A stretch of DNA of 59,122 bases, the filler included. It is 9 parts of 9 records of this genome, joined end to end, with 100 filler letters (N's around TTAATTAATTAA, not from the genome) between each part and the next. Parts side by side here need not be neighbours in the genome. Positions count along the whole stretch, not along the records: positions 1 to 10,261 come from SRR31156797_118977; positions 10,362 to 16,970 come from SRR31156797_119499; positions 17,071 to 22,413 come from SRR31156797_119576; 6 more parts are not named here. One strand, given 5' to 3'. A model generated the notes under the pieces. That model ran no database searches. It was not told where the DNA came from and saw nothing but the letters and a program-made list of their open reading frames with translations. Position numbers and translations under genes: made by a program. Shown in pieces: positions 9,504 to 19,797 of this stretch. Position 1 is the first letter of the stretch; each line of letters opens with the position of its first letter.

Positions 9504-10261
9504 TTCCCCCTCCTTATCTTTCTTTTTAGTTTAGACTCTCGTACTATGTTGCTTTTTTATAATATTTCTACCCACCAAGCTTCGGTGGAATATCTTAACC
9601 ATAAAGTAGAGAAAATCTTACACTAGCACTAAGGTCGGGCTATAAAAACCTATTGATACACCGCAACTCGAACAACTTAAGGTTATTTACCGTTTAAGTT
9701 TATTTGCCTCTCTTGCCTTCCGGTAAAAAGAGGTTTTGTTTCTTCTTATCATTAATATTCCAAAACTTTGTTTTTATAAAGATCTATACTAAATGTTTAT
9801 AAACCGCCTGCCTGACTGGCTTTGGGCAGACTCTTCAAGTTTTAAATAAAAAATAATAAAAACTAATCTAAGTTGTATGATTTTGTACTATCTTATGAAT
9901 AGGCTGGATGTCAAGCATTAAAATTTGCACCCTATCGCAATTCTAAATCTGTCAAATTGAGTCTATGAGCTAACATGTTGAATTGACTATGATTGTCTAT
10001 CTCGTAATCCGGGTAGGTATCACGAGTCATTTTTAAAATAAGTTTCGGGAATATGTGGCCATATGGCTTGCCTTTTTAAAATGTTTTTGCAATGAAAGTG
10101 AATATGTATTGTACTCGATGATCCAGTTTTTATAATGGTTTGATATTATTAGTTTTATTGGGACAGCATGTCGTGGCGTACGATTTTTTAAAAATAATAA
10201 TATCAGTCACTTACAGTTTTGAGTCAAAGAATATTGTAAAAACACGTCATCCTAACCCCAG

Positions 10262-10361
10262 NNNNNNNNNNNNNNNNNNNNNNNNNNNNNNNNNNNNNNN
10301 NNNNNTTAATTAATTAANNNNNNNNNNNNNNNNNNNNNNNNNNNNNNNNNNNNNNNNNNNN
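10262..10361. other. Artificial contig spacer
   Basis: N44-TTAATTAATTAA-N44, stop codons in all six frames. Confidence 0.98.
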
Positions 10362-11020
10362 GGCACGGTCTCCATGGAGTCGAAGGTCGATCCCGGTTCG
10401 AAGCGGCCCGTCTCATCGAACTCCGTCCCCAGAGGGGGAACCGCAAAGGCCCTGGCGTTATTGCTTATAAGGCAGCCAGACTCCAGAAAGGGAGCTCCCA
10501 CGGTGTTGTGCCATCCGAAGTTCATCTCCTCCGGGACGCTGCCGTTATTGCGTATCCGTATGCCCGCATAGTGAACCTGCCGGCCCTTCAGGACAAGGTC
10601 GCGCTTGGAATAGCTCAAGGGATGCCCCTCCGGAGCCAGGGCCCACAGGGCCGAAGCGCGGTCACCATCTGTCTCCAGAACAGGCTCCCCCCACTTCAGG
10701 GCGCTGGTATGGCCGTGGGGAGGAAGCTCCCGGCCCTTAAACTCGTGGCCGGGACCGAAGTTGGGACAGCAGGGGAAGTTCCCGGCTATATCGAAAAGGA
10801 GGGGAACCTTCCAGTACCCGCCGTGACGGGCTTCATCCCAGCTTTCCAGGCCGTTGTGACGGAACCATGGCTGCCAGTGAGCGTTGCACCAGAGCCCTCC
10901 CCTCTTCTGACTCAGCTCGGGAACCATACCCTTTTCCCGGTTGATCGTCACCCGGAAGCTCTCATGCTCCAGCAGGACGCTCTCTCTGTTCCCAATATCC
11001 AGAATTTTCTCAGCTTTCAA
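10362..11020 (-). CDS. Hypothetical protein, probable galactose-mutarotase/aldose-epimerase-like fold (3' truncated)
   Basis: FPCCPNFG, PPHG and GWHNTVG motifs; TTG start after GGGGAGG; runs into the spacer. Confidence 0.55.
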
Positions 11021-11034
11021 TAATCTGCCTCCCC

Positions 11035-12549
11035 TTAAAATCCTTCCAGAGCCGCCTTGACCTCCCGGCGTACGTTAACCGGCTGCTCCTCCACATCCAA
11101 AGCCTCCAGGGCTCCCTTGAGCGAAGCGATACGATTCAGCTTTACAGCTCTCACGCCGTAGATCCGAATGACAAAATCGCTGTGATTCAGCATCTCCGCG
11201 TAGAAGGGCTTCAACCCGTCCCACTCGGTGGTGCTCAAAACCTTGCAGAAAGGCCCCAGTTCGTTATCCTTATCCTTGCTCCACTTAGGCCTGAGAACGG
11301 TTTCCAGGCTGTCAAGGGAGCCCGCGATCCTGTGTTCCATCATCAGGTTCAGGGCCTTAAGGCGGATATCGAAGGCCACCCGCGCCCCCTCGAACTGTTC
11401 GAGAATGAAGCCGTCCGCGTCCCCGTCTTCCAGTTCTGCCAGAGCTTCCAGGGAGGCATAACGTACCTGCCGCACCGGATCCTTTCGGACCTTGTACTGC
11501 AGGATGTTCACAGCCTTCCGGCTCTTCCGCTCGCCCAGCCCTTCAGCCGCCGCCGCGCGGATCTTCCAGAACGAGTCCCGCAGGGCGGTCATCAAAAGAT
11601 CCTCGACCTCATCGTTTTCATAGAAGCTGATCCCCTTGAGGACATAGGAGCGGAGCTGGCTGTTGCCGGAATTGACGAACATGGATTTCAAGAGATCGAA
11701 TCCCTCGGGCTCTCCGAAATGCCCCAGCGAGACGGCCGCGTACTGCCTGTGTGTCATAGGGGCGTCCTCATCGTCCAGGATGGCCTCCAGATCGGCCTGC
11801 GCCTCTCCATATCCCAGCTCGCCCAGAACCAGAATGGCCGATGCGGCCAGATCCTCAAACTCCGAATCCCCCTGGGTATCCTGAAGGAGGGTGAGGATCT
11901 CATCGGCCCGGGAGGAGTCTTCCAGCTTTCCGATCCCCCTCAGGGCGGCACCCGCGATGGAAGGGTTGCTATCGTCCAGCAGATCATAGAAGACCGGCCC
12001 CGACTCTTTTGAAGAGATCCTTCCCAGATAGCTGATGGCCGACAGAAGCAGATTGGTGGAGTAATCGTAGTCATCCATATGGTTCCGCAGGAATTCGAGA
12101 GCCCTGTCCTCGGAGATATCGATCTCCATCTCTCCGAAGAAATCGAGGACCGCGCGGTTGATATCGGGGTTCTCGTTTTCGCGGAGCAGGGTATCCAGCT
12201 CCTTGTTGAAAGCCGTATCCTTCTGGGAACGGATGGCGCTGATAACGTCCTGGACCTCCGAATCTATTCCGTAAAGGAGCACCTCCCGGCGCTGCTTGTT
12301 GAGGGACTCAACGGCCTCCTCCTTCGCCTTCTCCTCTTCCGCCCTCTTCTCTTCCTCGCTTACCTCGGCTTCCGCTTCCGCCTCAGCCGCTTCAACGGAT
12401 TCTTCGCCGCCGGCCTCGGGCTCACCGGATTCGGATACCTCATTACCGGCGGCTGCTCCCGTATCTCCCGGAAAGCCGGAGCTTTCCTGGGCTCCGAGGG
12501 AGTAAAGGAAGGTCAATAAAAGACAGACAATGAAAGGAAGGGTGCGCAT
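11035..12549 (-). CDS. Exported HEAT-repeat protein
   Basis: Signal peptide, acidic linker, repeated L-D...R..AA..LG HEAT units. Confidence 0.85.
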   Translation of the reverse strand: MRTLPFIVCLLLTFLYSLGAQESSGFPGDTGAAAGNEVSESGEPEAGGEESVEAAEAEAEAEVSEEEKRAEEEKAKEEAVESLNKQRREVLLYGIDSEVQDVISAIRSQKDTAFNKELDTLLRENENPDINRAVLDFFGEMEIDISEDRALEFLRNHMDDYDYSTNLLLSAISYLGRISSKESGPVFYDLLDDSNPSIAGAALRGIGKLEDSSRADEILTLLQDTQGDSEFEDLAASAILVLGELGYGEAQADLEAILDDEDAPMTHRQYAAVSLGHFGEPEGFDLLKSMFVNSGNSQLRSYVLKGISFYENDEVEDLLMTALRDSFWKIRAAAAEGLGERKSRKAVNILQYKVRKDPVRQVRYASLEALAELEDGDADGFILEQFEGARVAFDIRLKALNLMMEHRIAGSLDSLETVLRPKWSKDKDNELGPFCKVLSTTEWDGLKPFYAEMLNHSDFVIRIYGVRAVKLNRIASLKGALEALDVEEQPVNVRREVKAALEGF

Positions 12550-14106
12550 CTATTTACCTCTTCTTCTTAGAATCGTCATCACATCCAGTTTCATTAAATG
12601 ATAAAACAGCAGAAGCCCCGCCAGCGTTACAATCCCTTCCAGGGCCAGAAAACCGAAGTTGCCCCAGCGGCTGCCCTCGAAAAAACGCTCGACCGTAATA
12701 AGCCGCTTCAGTCCCAGAGCGATCAGCACCATGGGGACCTGGGCGGCCAGGATCCTGCCTATCTGATCGGCGAAACGGCGGGGGCTGAGAGAGAGACCGT
12801 CCTTGAGAGAGCCGGCCAGAAGGACCAGCGAGCCCAGGGCGAAGGCGATGGTATTGGCCCAGGCCAGGGAACTGACATCCATCCCCGCCCTGAGGAAGAT
12901 CAGGGAGAGGGCGATATCCAGAACCACCACCCCCCCGGCCGTGTGCAGGGGCGTCCGGTAGTTCCCCCGGGCGTAGTAGGACCTCTGGAACAGGTTATAG
13001 GCGCCGGCGAAAAACATGCCCGGGCTGTAGGCGAAAAGCACCCTTGCGGCCAGGCGGGAATCGGCCGCCGTATAGGCGCCCCGCTGCAGGGCCGTGGAGA
13101 TCAGTTCGGGGCCGAAAATCATAAGGAGCAGGGAGGACGGGATCAGCAGGACGCCCAGCATGTGAATACCGTCCTGAAGGGTGGCCGCGAGGGCCTTTAC
13201 CTTCCCCTCTCCCGCCTGCCGGCTCATCTTGGGAAAGAGGACCGTAATGATAGAGGCTGAAAAGATCCCGAAGGGGAGCTGATAGAAGACGATGGCATTG
13301 CTCATGGCGGTCGTGGAGCCCTCGTCCAGTCCCGTCGCCAGCAGGATGGCCACCTGCTGGTTGATGGTGAAGATGGAGGAGGTCAGAAGCACGGGGAGCC
13401 ACTGCCTCATGACCCGGCGGAAGGCCTCCGAACGGAAGCGGAACCGGGGGGCCAGGGTGTAACCGAGTCTCCTGAAAAGGGGATACTGCCAGAGGATCTG
13501 GGCGATGCCGCCTCCCAATACGCCCACCACCATGGAGAAGATCCCCAGGCTCCGCTGCCAGATGACGATGGAGCTGATCACGGAGACCGAGAACAAAAGG
13601 GGCGAAAGGGAGGGCACCAGAAAGCGGTTGTGCGAATTGAGCACAGCCATCAGGACGGCGGAAACGCTGATCAGCAGCAGGTAGTGGAAGAGCCAGCGGA
13701 ACAGGGCCCGGGCCATTTCCAGCTTCCAGGGATCCTGAAAACGGATAAACAGCTTCAGGAAGATATCCGGAAAGGCGATGCAGAACAGGGAGAGGGGAAG
13801 CAGGATGAGAAGCTGCAGCCCCAGTATGCTGCGGCTCAGCTCCCGGGCGCCGCCGCCCTTAGGATCCCGGGCCACCTGCCGGGAGAGCTCGGGGATGAAG
13901 GCCGACGAGAGGGCCCCCTCGGCCAGAAGCTTCCGGAAGTTATTGGGGATGTTGAAGACGGCGTTCAGGATATCCGCCTCGCCGCTTCCTCCGAAGTACA
14001 TGCTGATCAGGGCGATGCGGACGAAACCGAGGATGCGGGATCCCATGGTTCCGGCCATCACTCCCAGTGTGGAGAGAAGGCTCTGCCTCCGGCTGGTCTC
14101 TTTCAA
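12550..14106 (-). CDS. murJ: Lipid II flippase MurJ (MviN)
   Basis: SRILGFVR, IPNNFRKLLAEGALSSAFIP, QLPFGIF; polytopic membrane protein. Confidence 0.95.
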   Translation of the reverse strand: MKETSRRQSLLSTLGVMAGTMGSRILGFVRIALISMYFGGSGEADILNAVFNIPNNFRKLLAEGALSSAFIPELSRQVARDPKGGGARELSRSILGLQLLILLPLSLFCIAFPDIFLKLFIRFQDPWKLEMARALFRWLFHYLLLISVSAVLMAVLNSHNRFLVPSLSPLLFSVSVISSIVIWQRSLGIFSMVVGVLGGGIAQILWQYPLFRRLGYTLAPRFRFRSEAFRRVMRQWLPVLLTSSIFTINQQVAILLATGLDEGSTTAMSNAIVFYQLPFGIFSASIITVLFPKMSRQAGEGKVKALAATLQDGIHMLGVLLIPSSLLLMIFGPELISTALQRGAYTAADSRLAARVLFAYSPGMFFAGAYNLFQRSYYARGNYRTPLHTAGGVVVLDIALSLIFLRAGMDVSSLAWANTIAFALGSLVLLAGSLKDGLSLSPRRFADQIGRILAAQVPMVLIALGLKRLITVERFFEGSRWGNFGFLALEGIVTLAGLLLFYHLMKLDVMTILRRRGK

Positions 14107-14108
14107 GC

Positions 14109-15224
14109 CTATCTCCTCTTGTAACGGTCCAGATAGGCCTTCTTATAGCTCAGGAAGCGTCTTTCCCGCAGGGCCTGGCGCACCTCCTGCATAAACACGT
14201 AGAGAAAGTGGAGATTGTGCTCGGTTACCAGCATGGGTCCCAGTATCTCCTTGGCCTTGAACAGATGGCGCAGATAGGAGCGGCTGTAGGTCTGGCAGAC
14301 GGGACAGGTGCAGCCCGGCTCGATGGGCTCCTGGTCCAGGCGGAATTTCTCGTTCTTCAGGGCCAGAAGGCCGTCCCGGGTAAGGCAGGTCCCGTTCCGG
14401 GCTATCCGGGTGGGATAAACGCAGTCGAACATGTCTATGCCCGCCTCGACGGCCTCCAGCATATAGTCGGGGGTGCCGATCCCCATAACGTAGCGCGGCT
14501 TGTCCTCGGGCAGGAACTGGGCTGTGTAGTGGAGGTAATCCCTGAACATCTCGGGGGTCTCTCCCACCGAAAGCCCTCCGATGGCGATGCCGGGAGTGTC
14601 CAGTTCCAGGATCTCCTCGGCGCTCCGCTTTCTCAGGTCCTCAAAAAAGTTACCCTGGATAATGCCGAAAAGCTTACCCTCATACCCATCATGGCAGTTC
14701 AGCCAGCGCTCTTTGGCTCTCCGGGCCCAGCGGGTAGTGATTTCAAGAGACTTGACCGCCTCCTTATGGGAGATCCCCGGGGGAGTACAGACGTCAAGGA
14801 CCATCTGGACATCGCTGCCCAGGGTTTCCTGTATCTCAACGACCTTCTCGGGTGTGAAGACGTGGTAGGCGCCGTCGATATGGGAGCGGAATCGCACCCC
14901 TTCCTCTTTTATTTTCCTGAAGGGGGCCAGAGAGAAGACCTGGAATCCCCCCGAATCGGTGAGGATATTGTGCTCCCAGGAGCTGAACTTATGCAGCCCG
15001 CCGGCAGCCTTGATAACCTCCATCCCGGGACGGAGATAGAGATGGTAGGTATTGCCGAGGATCAGGGTATACCCCATATCCTCGACGGATTTGTGCTTTA
15101 CCGCCTTGACGGTGCCATTCGTCCCCACGGGCATAAACGCGGGAACCTCAACCTGGCCGTGGGGCAGGTTCAGAATCCCTCCCCTCCCGCGGCAACTTTC
15201 GTCCCGGTACTGTATATCGATCAT
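14109..15224 (-). CDS. tgt: tRNA-guanine(34) transglycosylase
   Basis: PAFMPVGT, LGNTYHL, LTDSGGFQVFSL, DMFDCVYPTR, Zn site CTCPVC...H; start reassigned to ATG 15224 after AAGGAG. Confidence 0.97.
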   Translation of the reverse strand: MIDIQYRDESCRGRGGILNLPHGQVEVPAFMPVGTNGTVKAVKHKSVEDMGYTLILGNTYHLYLRPGMEVIKAAGGLHKFSSWEHNILTDSGGFQVFSLAPFRKIKEEGVRFRSHIDGAYHVFTPEKVVEIQETLGSDVQMVLDVCTPPGISHKEAVKSLEITTRWARRAKERWLNCHDGYEGKLFGIIQGNFFEDLRKRSAEEILELDTPGIAIGGLSVGETPEMFRDYLHYTAQFLPEDKPRYVMGIGTPDYMLEAVEAGIDMFDCVYPTRIARNGTCLTRDGLLALKNEKFRLDQEPIEPGCTCPVCQTYSRSYLRHLFKAKEILGPMLVTEHNLHFLYVFMQEVRQALRERRFLSYKKAYLDRYKRR

Positions 15225-15267
15225 TCTGACTCCTTGTATCCTACGCAGGATTTGTGTCGTTATCAAT

Positions 15268-16341
15268 TTATGAACGGGCCGTCCTGAAGAGCAGTACTCC
15301 CAACAGAAGAAAGACCAGAAAGGCCGCCCAGGCCCCGTAAAGGGGCGGAATATATCCCAATTTCGCAAGCAGAACCATAATCATCTGCGCCACGTAATAT
15401 ATAACGGAAACCACCAGGCTGGAAAGGAGGCTCATCAGGAGAATGTTCTTTTTAAACCGTCCTCCCAGGGAACAGGAGATCAGAGCCACCACCAGAGGGG
15501 TCAGGGCGAATGAAAAGCGCTGATAGTATTCGGTCAGAGCCCCCTTGAAAGGGAATCCCGTTCGCCTGAGCGAGTCCACCCACTCACGGGCTTCCCGGCT
15601 GCTCATCTCGTCTATGTCCCGGGTAACCCGCTTGAATGAAGACGGGGGCTCGTCCAGGCGCTCGTCTGTCCAGCTGGCCATATAGCGCTCTTCCAGGAAA
15701 TCATCCCCGTAGTCGAAGATCCTGACGTTTTTCAGTTCCCAGTGATCCCCTTCCCATGCCGCCGAGTCGGCGTCCACCCGAAAAAGGAACTCCCCCCCGC
15801 TGCCCAGAAAGAGGACGGAGAGAGCCGTCAGGCTCTCACGGCGGTCGTTATAGAAGTCGGCATTGTAGATAACCGTATTCTTCCGGCTCAGAACGGCCAC
15901 ATTGGAATTGCTCAGGGACACGGTCTGACCCAGGACCTCCTTGGAGAGACGGTTCTTCTCCTTGAAGGTGGGAATGACGATCCTGTCCTCGAAAAAATAT
16001 CCTCCCAGGCTCAGAAAAAGCCCGCAGACAAGGAGGGGCACGGTCAGCTGCTTCAAAGAGAATCCGGCGCCGAATACGGCGATCAGCTCGTTGTTGGCGT
16101 AGTAGTTCCCCAGGGTGTAGGATATGGCGAAAAGGACGGAGATGGGCAGGGAAAAGGAGATGCACTTGGGCGTATAGAGCAGGGAGATCCTGCCCACGGC
16201 CGCCAGGGGCACCTCGGCGTTGAGATAGCGCCACAGGTTGCCGAAAAGGTCCACCAGCTGCAGGATCAGCAGAAAGAAAAGCATGGCCACCAGCATGGTG
16301 GGAAAGAAGTCCTTCAAGATCATTTTATGCAGTGTTTTCAT
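15268..16341 (-). CDS. lptG: LptF/LptG family LPS export permease
   Basis: LP.SVLFA, NELIAVFGAG.S, AAW.GDHW; start ATG 16341 overlaps the upstream stop. Confidence 0.85.
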   Translation of the reverse strand: MKTLHKMILKDFFPTMLVAMLFFLLILQLVDLFGNLWRYLNAEVPLAAVGRISLLYTPKCISFSLPISVLFAISYTLGNYYANNELIAVFGAGFSLKQLTVPLLVCGLFLSLGGYFFEDRIVIPTFKEKNRLSKEVLGQTVSLSNSNVAVLSRKNTVIYNADFYNDRRESLTALSVLFLGSGGEFLFRVDADSAAWEGDHWELKNVRIFDYGDDFLEERYMASWTDERLDEPPSSFKRVTRDIDEMSSREAREWVDSLRRTGFPFKGALTEYYQRFSFALTPLVVALISCSLGGRFKKNILLMSLLSSLVVSVIYYVAQMIMVLLAKLGYIPPLYGAWAAFLVFLLLGVLLFRTARS

Positions 16342-16970
16342 TTCCCCGCCCTGAACAGATAAAGAATCGATCCCGTCATCAGTATGAGTATATTGGGGAA
16401 CCACATGGTCAATGCGGGGGGATAGTAGGTCCTTATCCCGAGGGTTCTGCCGGCCACCAGCATCCCCCAGTAGAGGATGGTGATGAAGAGCCCGATGCCG
16501 AAGCCTACGGAACGGCCGCTCCTTTTGGTATACAGGCCCAGGGGAAAGGCGAGGAGGACGAAGGGGAAACAGGAAAAGGGGATGGAGAACTTCTGAAAGA
16601 ACTCCAGCTTCCAGATCTGAAGGGAGCGGTCCCGCACCGGCTTGTCCCTGCTGTCGACATAGGTTTTCAGGCCGTTCCCGATCCCATCCGCCAGAGCCCT
16701 TGTCCGACCGGGGTCGGTTTCCCGGTCCATGAGGACCATATCCCCGTAGACGTCGGCGAGGAGCCCCAGTGTCTTCCTGTTCTTCTGCATCACGTTGTCA
16801 TTGTAACGGGCCTGCTTCTCTTTGATCCGGAAATAGACGTCGACGGAGCTCATCTCGCGGGGGCCCGGATTGCGAATGGAAGAGGTGATGTCTTTGAGGA
16901 GGATGTTGTACTCCATCCTGTCCGCCTCTGAATAGAGGAACTCACCCCTCTTCCTCTTCTCTGTCTCATG
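16338..16970 (-). CDS. lptF: LptF/LptG family permease (5' truncated)
   Basis: EFFQKFSIPFSCFPFVLLAFPLG...RSGR...W.PN, the C-terminal half of LptF/G. Confidence 0.8.
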   Translation of the reverse strand, partial: HETEKRKRGEFLYSEADRMEYNILLKDITSSIRNPGPREMSSVDVYFRIKEKQARYNDNVMQKNRKTLGLLADVYGDMVLMDRETDPGRTRALADGIGNGLKTYVDSRDKPVRDRSLQIWKLEFFQKFSIPFSCFPFVLLAFPLGLYTKRSGRSVGFGIGLFITILYWGMLVAGRTLGIRTYYPPALTMWFPNILILMTGSILYLFRAGK

Positions 16971-17070
16971 NNNNNNNNNNNNNNNNNNNNNNNNNNNNNN
17001 NNNNNNNNNNNNNNTTAATTAATTAANNNNNNNNNNNNNNNNNNNNNNNNNNNNNNNNNNNNNNNNNNNN
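16971..17070. other. Artificial contig spacer
   Basis: N44-TTAATTAATTAA-N44. Confidence 0.98.
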
Positions 17071-17781
17071 TGCATTGAGGAACTTGCCCCAGGCAATCCT
17101 TCTGGCCGTCTTGTCGAGGTCACAATCCTCGGCCACGATGCACGGGCTCTTGCCACCGAGTTCGAGAGTCACGGGCGTGAGGGTTCTGGCCGCCGCTTGC
17201 ATGACGATCTGGCCCACGTGGCCTCCGCCGGTGAAGAAGATATGGTCGAAACGGTTTTCGAGGAGTTGCTCGGAGACACTCGGACCACCGGACACTGCGG
17301 CGATGAATTCCTTTTCAAATCGATCGGCTATCATGCGAGCGATGACGCGCTCCGTGCTCCGGGCGATCTCCGAGGGCTTCACCACGGCGCAATTGCCGGC
17401 CGCGATCGCACTGATCAGCGGTGTAATGGCGAGGGCAAATGGATAGTTCCAGGGCGAGATGATCAAACACACGCCCAGCGGCTCGGAAACAAGGAAGCCT
17501 TTCGAGAGGGGAAACAAGCTGGGGCCCTTGACTCTCTGCGGCCGCATCCAGCGCTTGAGGTTCTTCCGGGCGAAGTTGATCTCAGCCAGACACTGCCCGA
17601 TCTCGGTAACATAACCGGCGACCTTGGATTTCCCCAGATCGCTCTTCAACGCCTCCAGAATGTCACTCTCATAATCGGAGATGGCCTGCGCCAGGCGTTC
17701 GAGCGCCGCCGCGCGAAATGCCAAAGGCTTTGTCCGGCCCGAAGCAAAGAAGACGCGCTGCTTTTGGACAATGTCGTTCAT
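17071..17781 (-). CDS. Aldehyde dehydrogenase, ALDH3/YwdH-like (3' truncated)
   Basis: ISPWNYP, KPSE, FFTGG, LELGGKSP, WGKFLNA. Confidence 0.93.
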
Positions 17782-17786
17782 GAGAT

Positions 17787-19574
17787 CTACTCGGCCGGCG
17801 GGAGGTGGTTGTACCAGGTGTATTTTAGGGCGACGGCGCCGGCGGTGGCGAGGGCCAGGCAGATCAGGGCGTGGGTGGTCCAGTGGCCGACGAGGTACAT
17901 GGGAAATAGATAGGCACTGGCGATGACGACCATGGCGACGGCTACGTTGACGATGGTGAGGATGGGGCTCTCGGCAGCACTTCTCAACTGAGACTCAGAG
18001 AGGCCGCAATCTTTGCGGACCGGGTGCCACAGGCCGAACGGTCGGACGGTGCGGAAGAAGTCCGTGAGAACGGCGCTGCTAACGGGGGCGGTCAGCCAGG
18101 AGACGACGATGCTCACAACAAGCGAGGCGCCGACGATGATGGGGAACGCGATCCAGATCGCCAGAGCCGGCCAGATCAATTGGAGGACCGAGAGGGCCAC
18201 GCCTGCCAGCGTACCGGCCGCATAGCCCCAGCCGTTCAGACGCCACCAGTACCAGCGCAGGACGTTGGGCACGATCACGCCCGCACCCAGGGCCATCATC
18301 ATCCACTCCCAGATCTGGTGGATCGATTCGCCCTGAAAACCGATGGCCAGCCCGCCCAGGACAATGGCGATCGTGGCGATGTAGCTGGCCCGCATGGCCT
18401 GGCGATGCGTCGGGTTGCGGTTGATCAGCACTTGCCAGATGTCGCGGACCAGGAACGAGGCGCCGCTGTTGACGGTGGAACTGAAGGTCGACATGAACGC
18501 CGCCAGCAGCCCGGCGATGACGAGCCCGCGAATGCCGACGGGCAGGAAATCGCGCAGCACCAAGGGCATCACGCGTTCGGCGTCGGTGACGCCCGCCACC
18601 CCGGTCAAGGCGATCAAGGCAATACCCATCGCCATCCCCCACCGCACCACGAGGAACAGGCTCCACGCGGCCCCGACCTTGCACGCATCCCGCGCATCGC
18701 GCGCAGCCAGGAACCGCTGGAAGTCGTACATCTGGCCGGGTCCGCCCGCATTGAGCAACAGGCCCTTGGCCACCCAGACGACCACGAGCGCGCCGAAGAA
18801 TTCGAAGTTGGCGTGCTCGGTGCCGGCGAACTCGGGCAGGCGCCAGGGGACGCGCAATGACGTGAACCCTTCGGGCAGCGCCGCCAACTGCTCGGGCGTG
18901 ATCTTTGACCACGCAAGCCAGGCGATGAACACGGCGCCGACCGTCAGCACGACCGTTTGGATCACGTCGGTGACGACCACGCTGTAGAGGCCGCCCACCA
19001 GAACGTAGAGTGTGGTCAGCGTAATGATGGCGGTGGCCAGGACGTCAGCCTCGTGCGCGACGAAGAGATTCTGTAGCGCCGGGCTGGAGGTCATCTCGGC
19101 GAGCTTCTCCAGCGGGATGTAGACCGAGGCGAACTTGCCGATCCCCTGGTAGGCGTAGCCGATGAAGCTGGCCTGGGTCAGCACGGCCATGAACGCATAG
19201 GTCAGGCGGGCGGCCTTGCCGGCCGGACCGTCGCCAAAGCGCGTCTTCATCCATTCGGCCGCGGTCATCACGTTGGAGCGGCGCACCCACTTGCCCATGT
19301 AGGCCAGGAAGAAAGCCCCGAGCAGAAAGCCCCACATCCAGTGGTGCCACATGGACTTCATGCCCAGCAGGTAAATGATCGAGACGATCCACATCGTGCC
19401 CGTGATGTCGAAGTTCGACACCGAACCCGACATGGCCAGCGCCATCCAGTGCAGGCGGCGACCGCCCAGGAAATACGCATCGAGACTTTCGGATGCCGCC
19501 CGGCGAACCCAGAACCCCGCCCCCAGCACGAAGGCGAAGTACGCTCCGATTGTCACCAAGTCGATCCAAGCCAA
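17787..19574 (-). CDS. Sodium:solute symporter (probable sugar transporter)
   Basis: YFLGGR, SNFDITGTMW, GGLYSVVVTD, QRFLAA, GLLAAFMST, LRWYWWRLNGWG. Confidence 0.9.
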   Translation of the reverse strand: MAWIDLVTIGAYFAFVLGAGFWVRRAASESLDAYFLGGRRLHWMALAMSGSVSNFDITGTMWIVSIIYLLGMKSMWHHWMWGFLLGAFFLAYMGKWVRRSNVMTAAEWMKTRFGDGPAGKAARLTYAFMAVLTQASFIGYAYQGIGKFASVYIPLEKLAEMTSSPALQNLFVAHEADVLATAIITLTTLYVLVGGLYSVVVTDVIQTVVLTVGAVFIAWLAWSKITPEQLAALPEGFTSLRVPWRLPEFAGTEHANFEFFGALVVVWVAKGLLLNAGGPGQMYDFQRFLAARDARDACKVGAAWSLFLVVRWGMAMGIALIALTGVAGVTDAERVMPLVLRDFLPVGIRGLVIAGLLAAFMSTFSSTVNSGASFLVRDIWQVLINRNPTHRQAMRASYIATIAIVLGGLAIGFQGESIHQIWEWMMMALGAGVIVPNVLRWYWWRLNGWGYAAGTLAGVALSVLQLIWPALAIWIAFPIIVGASLVVSIVVSWLTAPVSSAVLTDFFRTVRPFGLWHPVRKDCGLSESQLRSAAESPILTIVNVAVAMVVIASAYLFPMYLVGHWTTHALICLALATAGAVALKYTWYNHLPPAE

Positions 19575-19718
19575 CGGCCGTACACTCCCAAATACCTCGA
19601 TCTGCGCTGAGCGGTCTCCACCGCCCTTTCCGGAGCAAGAATCGTAGCGGGCCCGGCCCTCAGGAGCAAGCGAAATGTCCTTACCGAACCGCCGCGCGGA
19701 TGGTAGAATGCGCCTGAA

Positions 19719-19751
19719 GCATAGGTCCTATTGGTCGTATAGGACCTATGC
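19719..19751. repeat. Perfect 13-bp inverted repeat in a divergent intergenic region
   Basis: GCATAGGTCCTAT-tggtcgt-ATAGGACCTATGC. Confidence 0.8.
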
Positions 19752-19797
19752 CAAACGGATTTGACAGGGCTATCGATTTTCAAGAGAGGGACACAAT

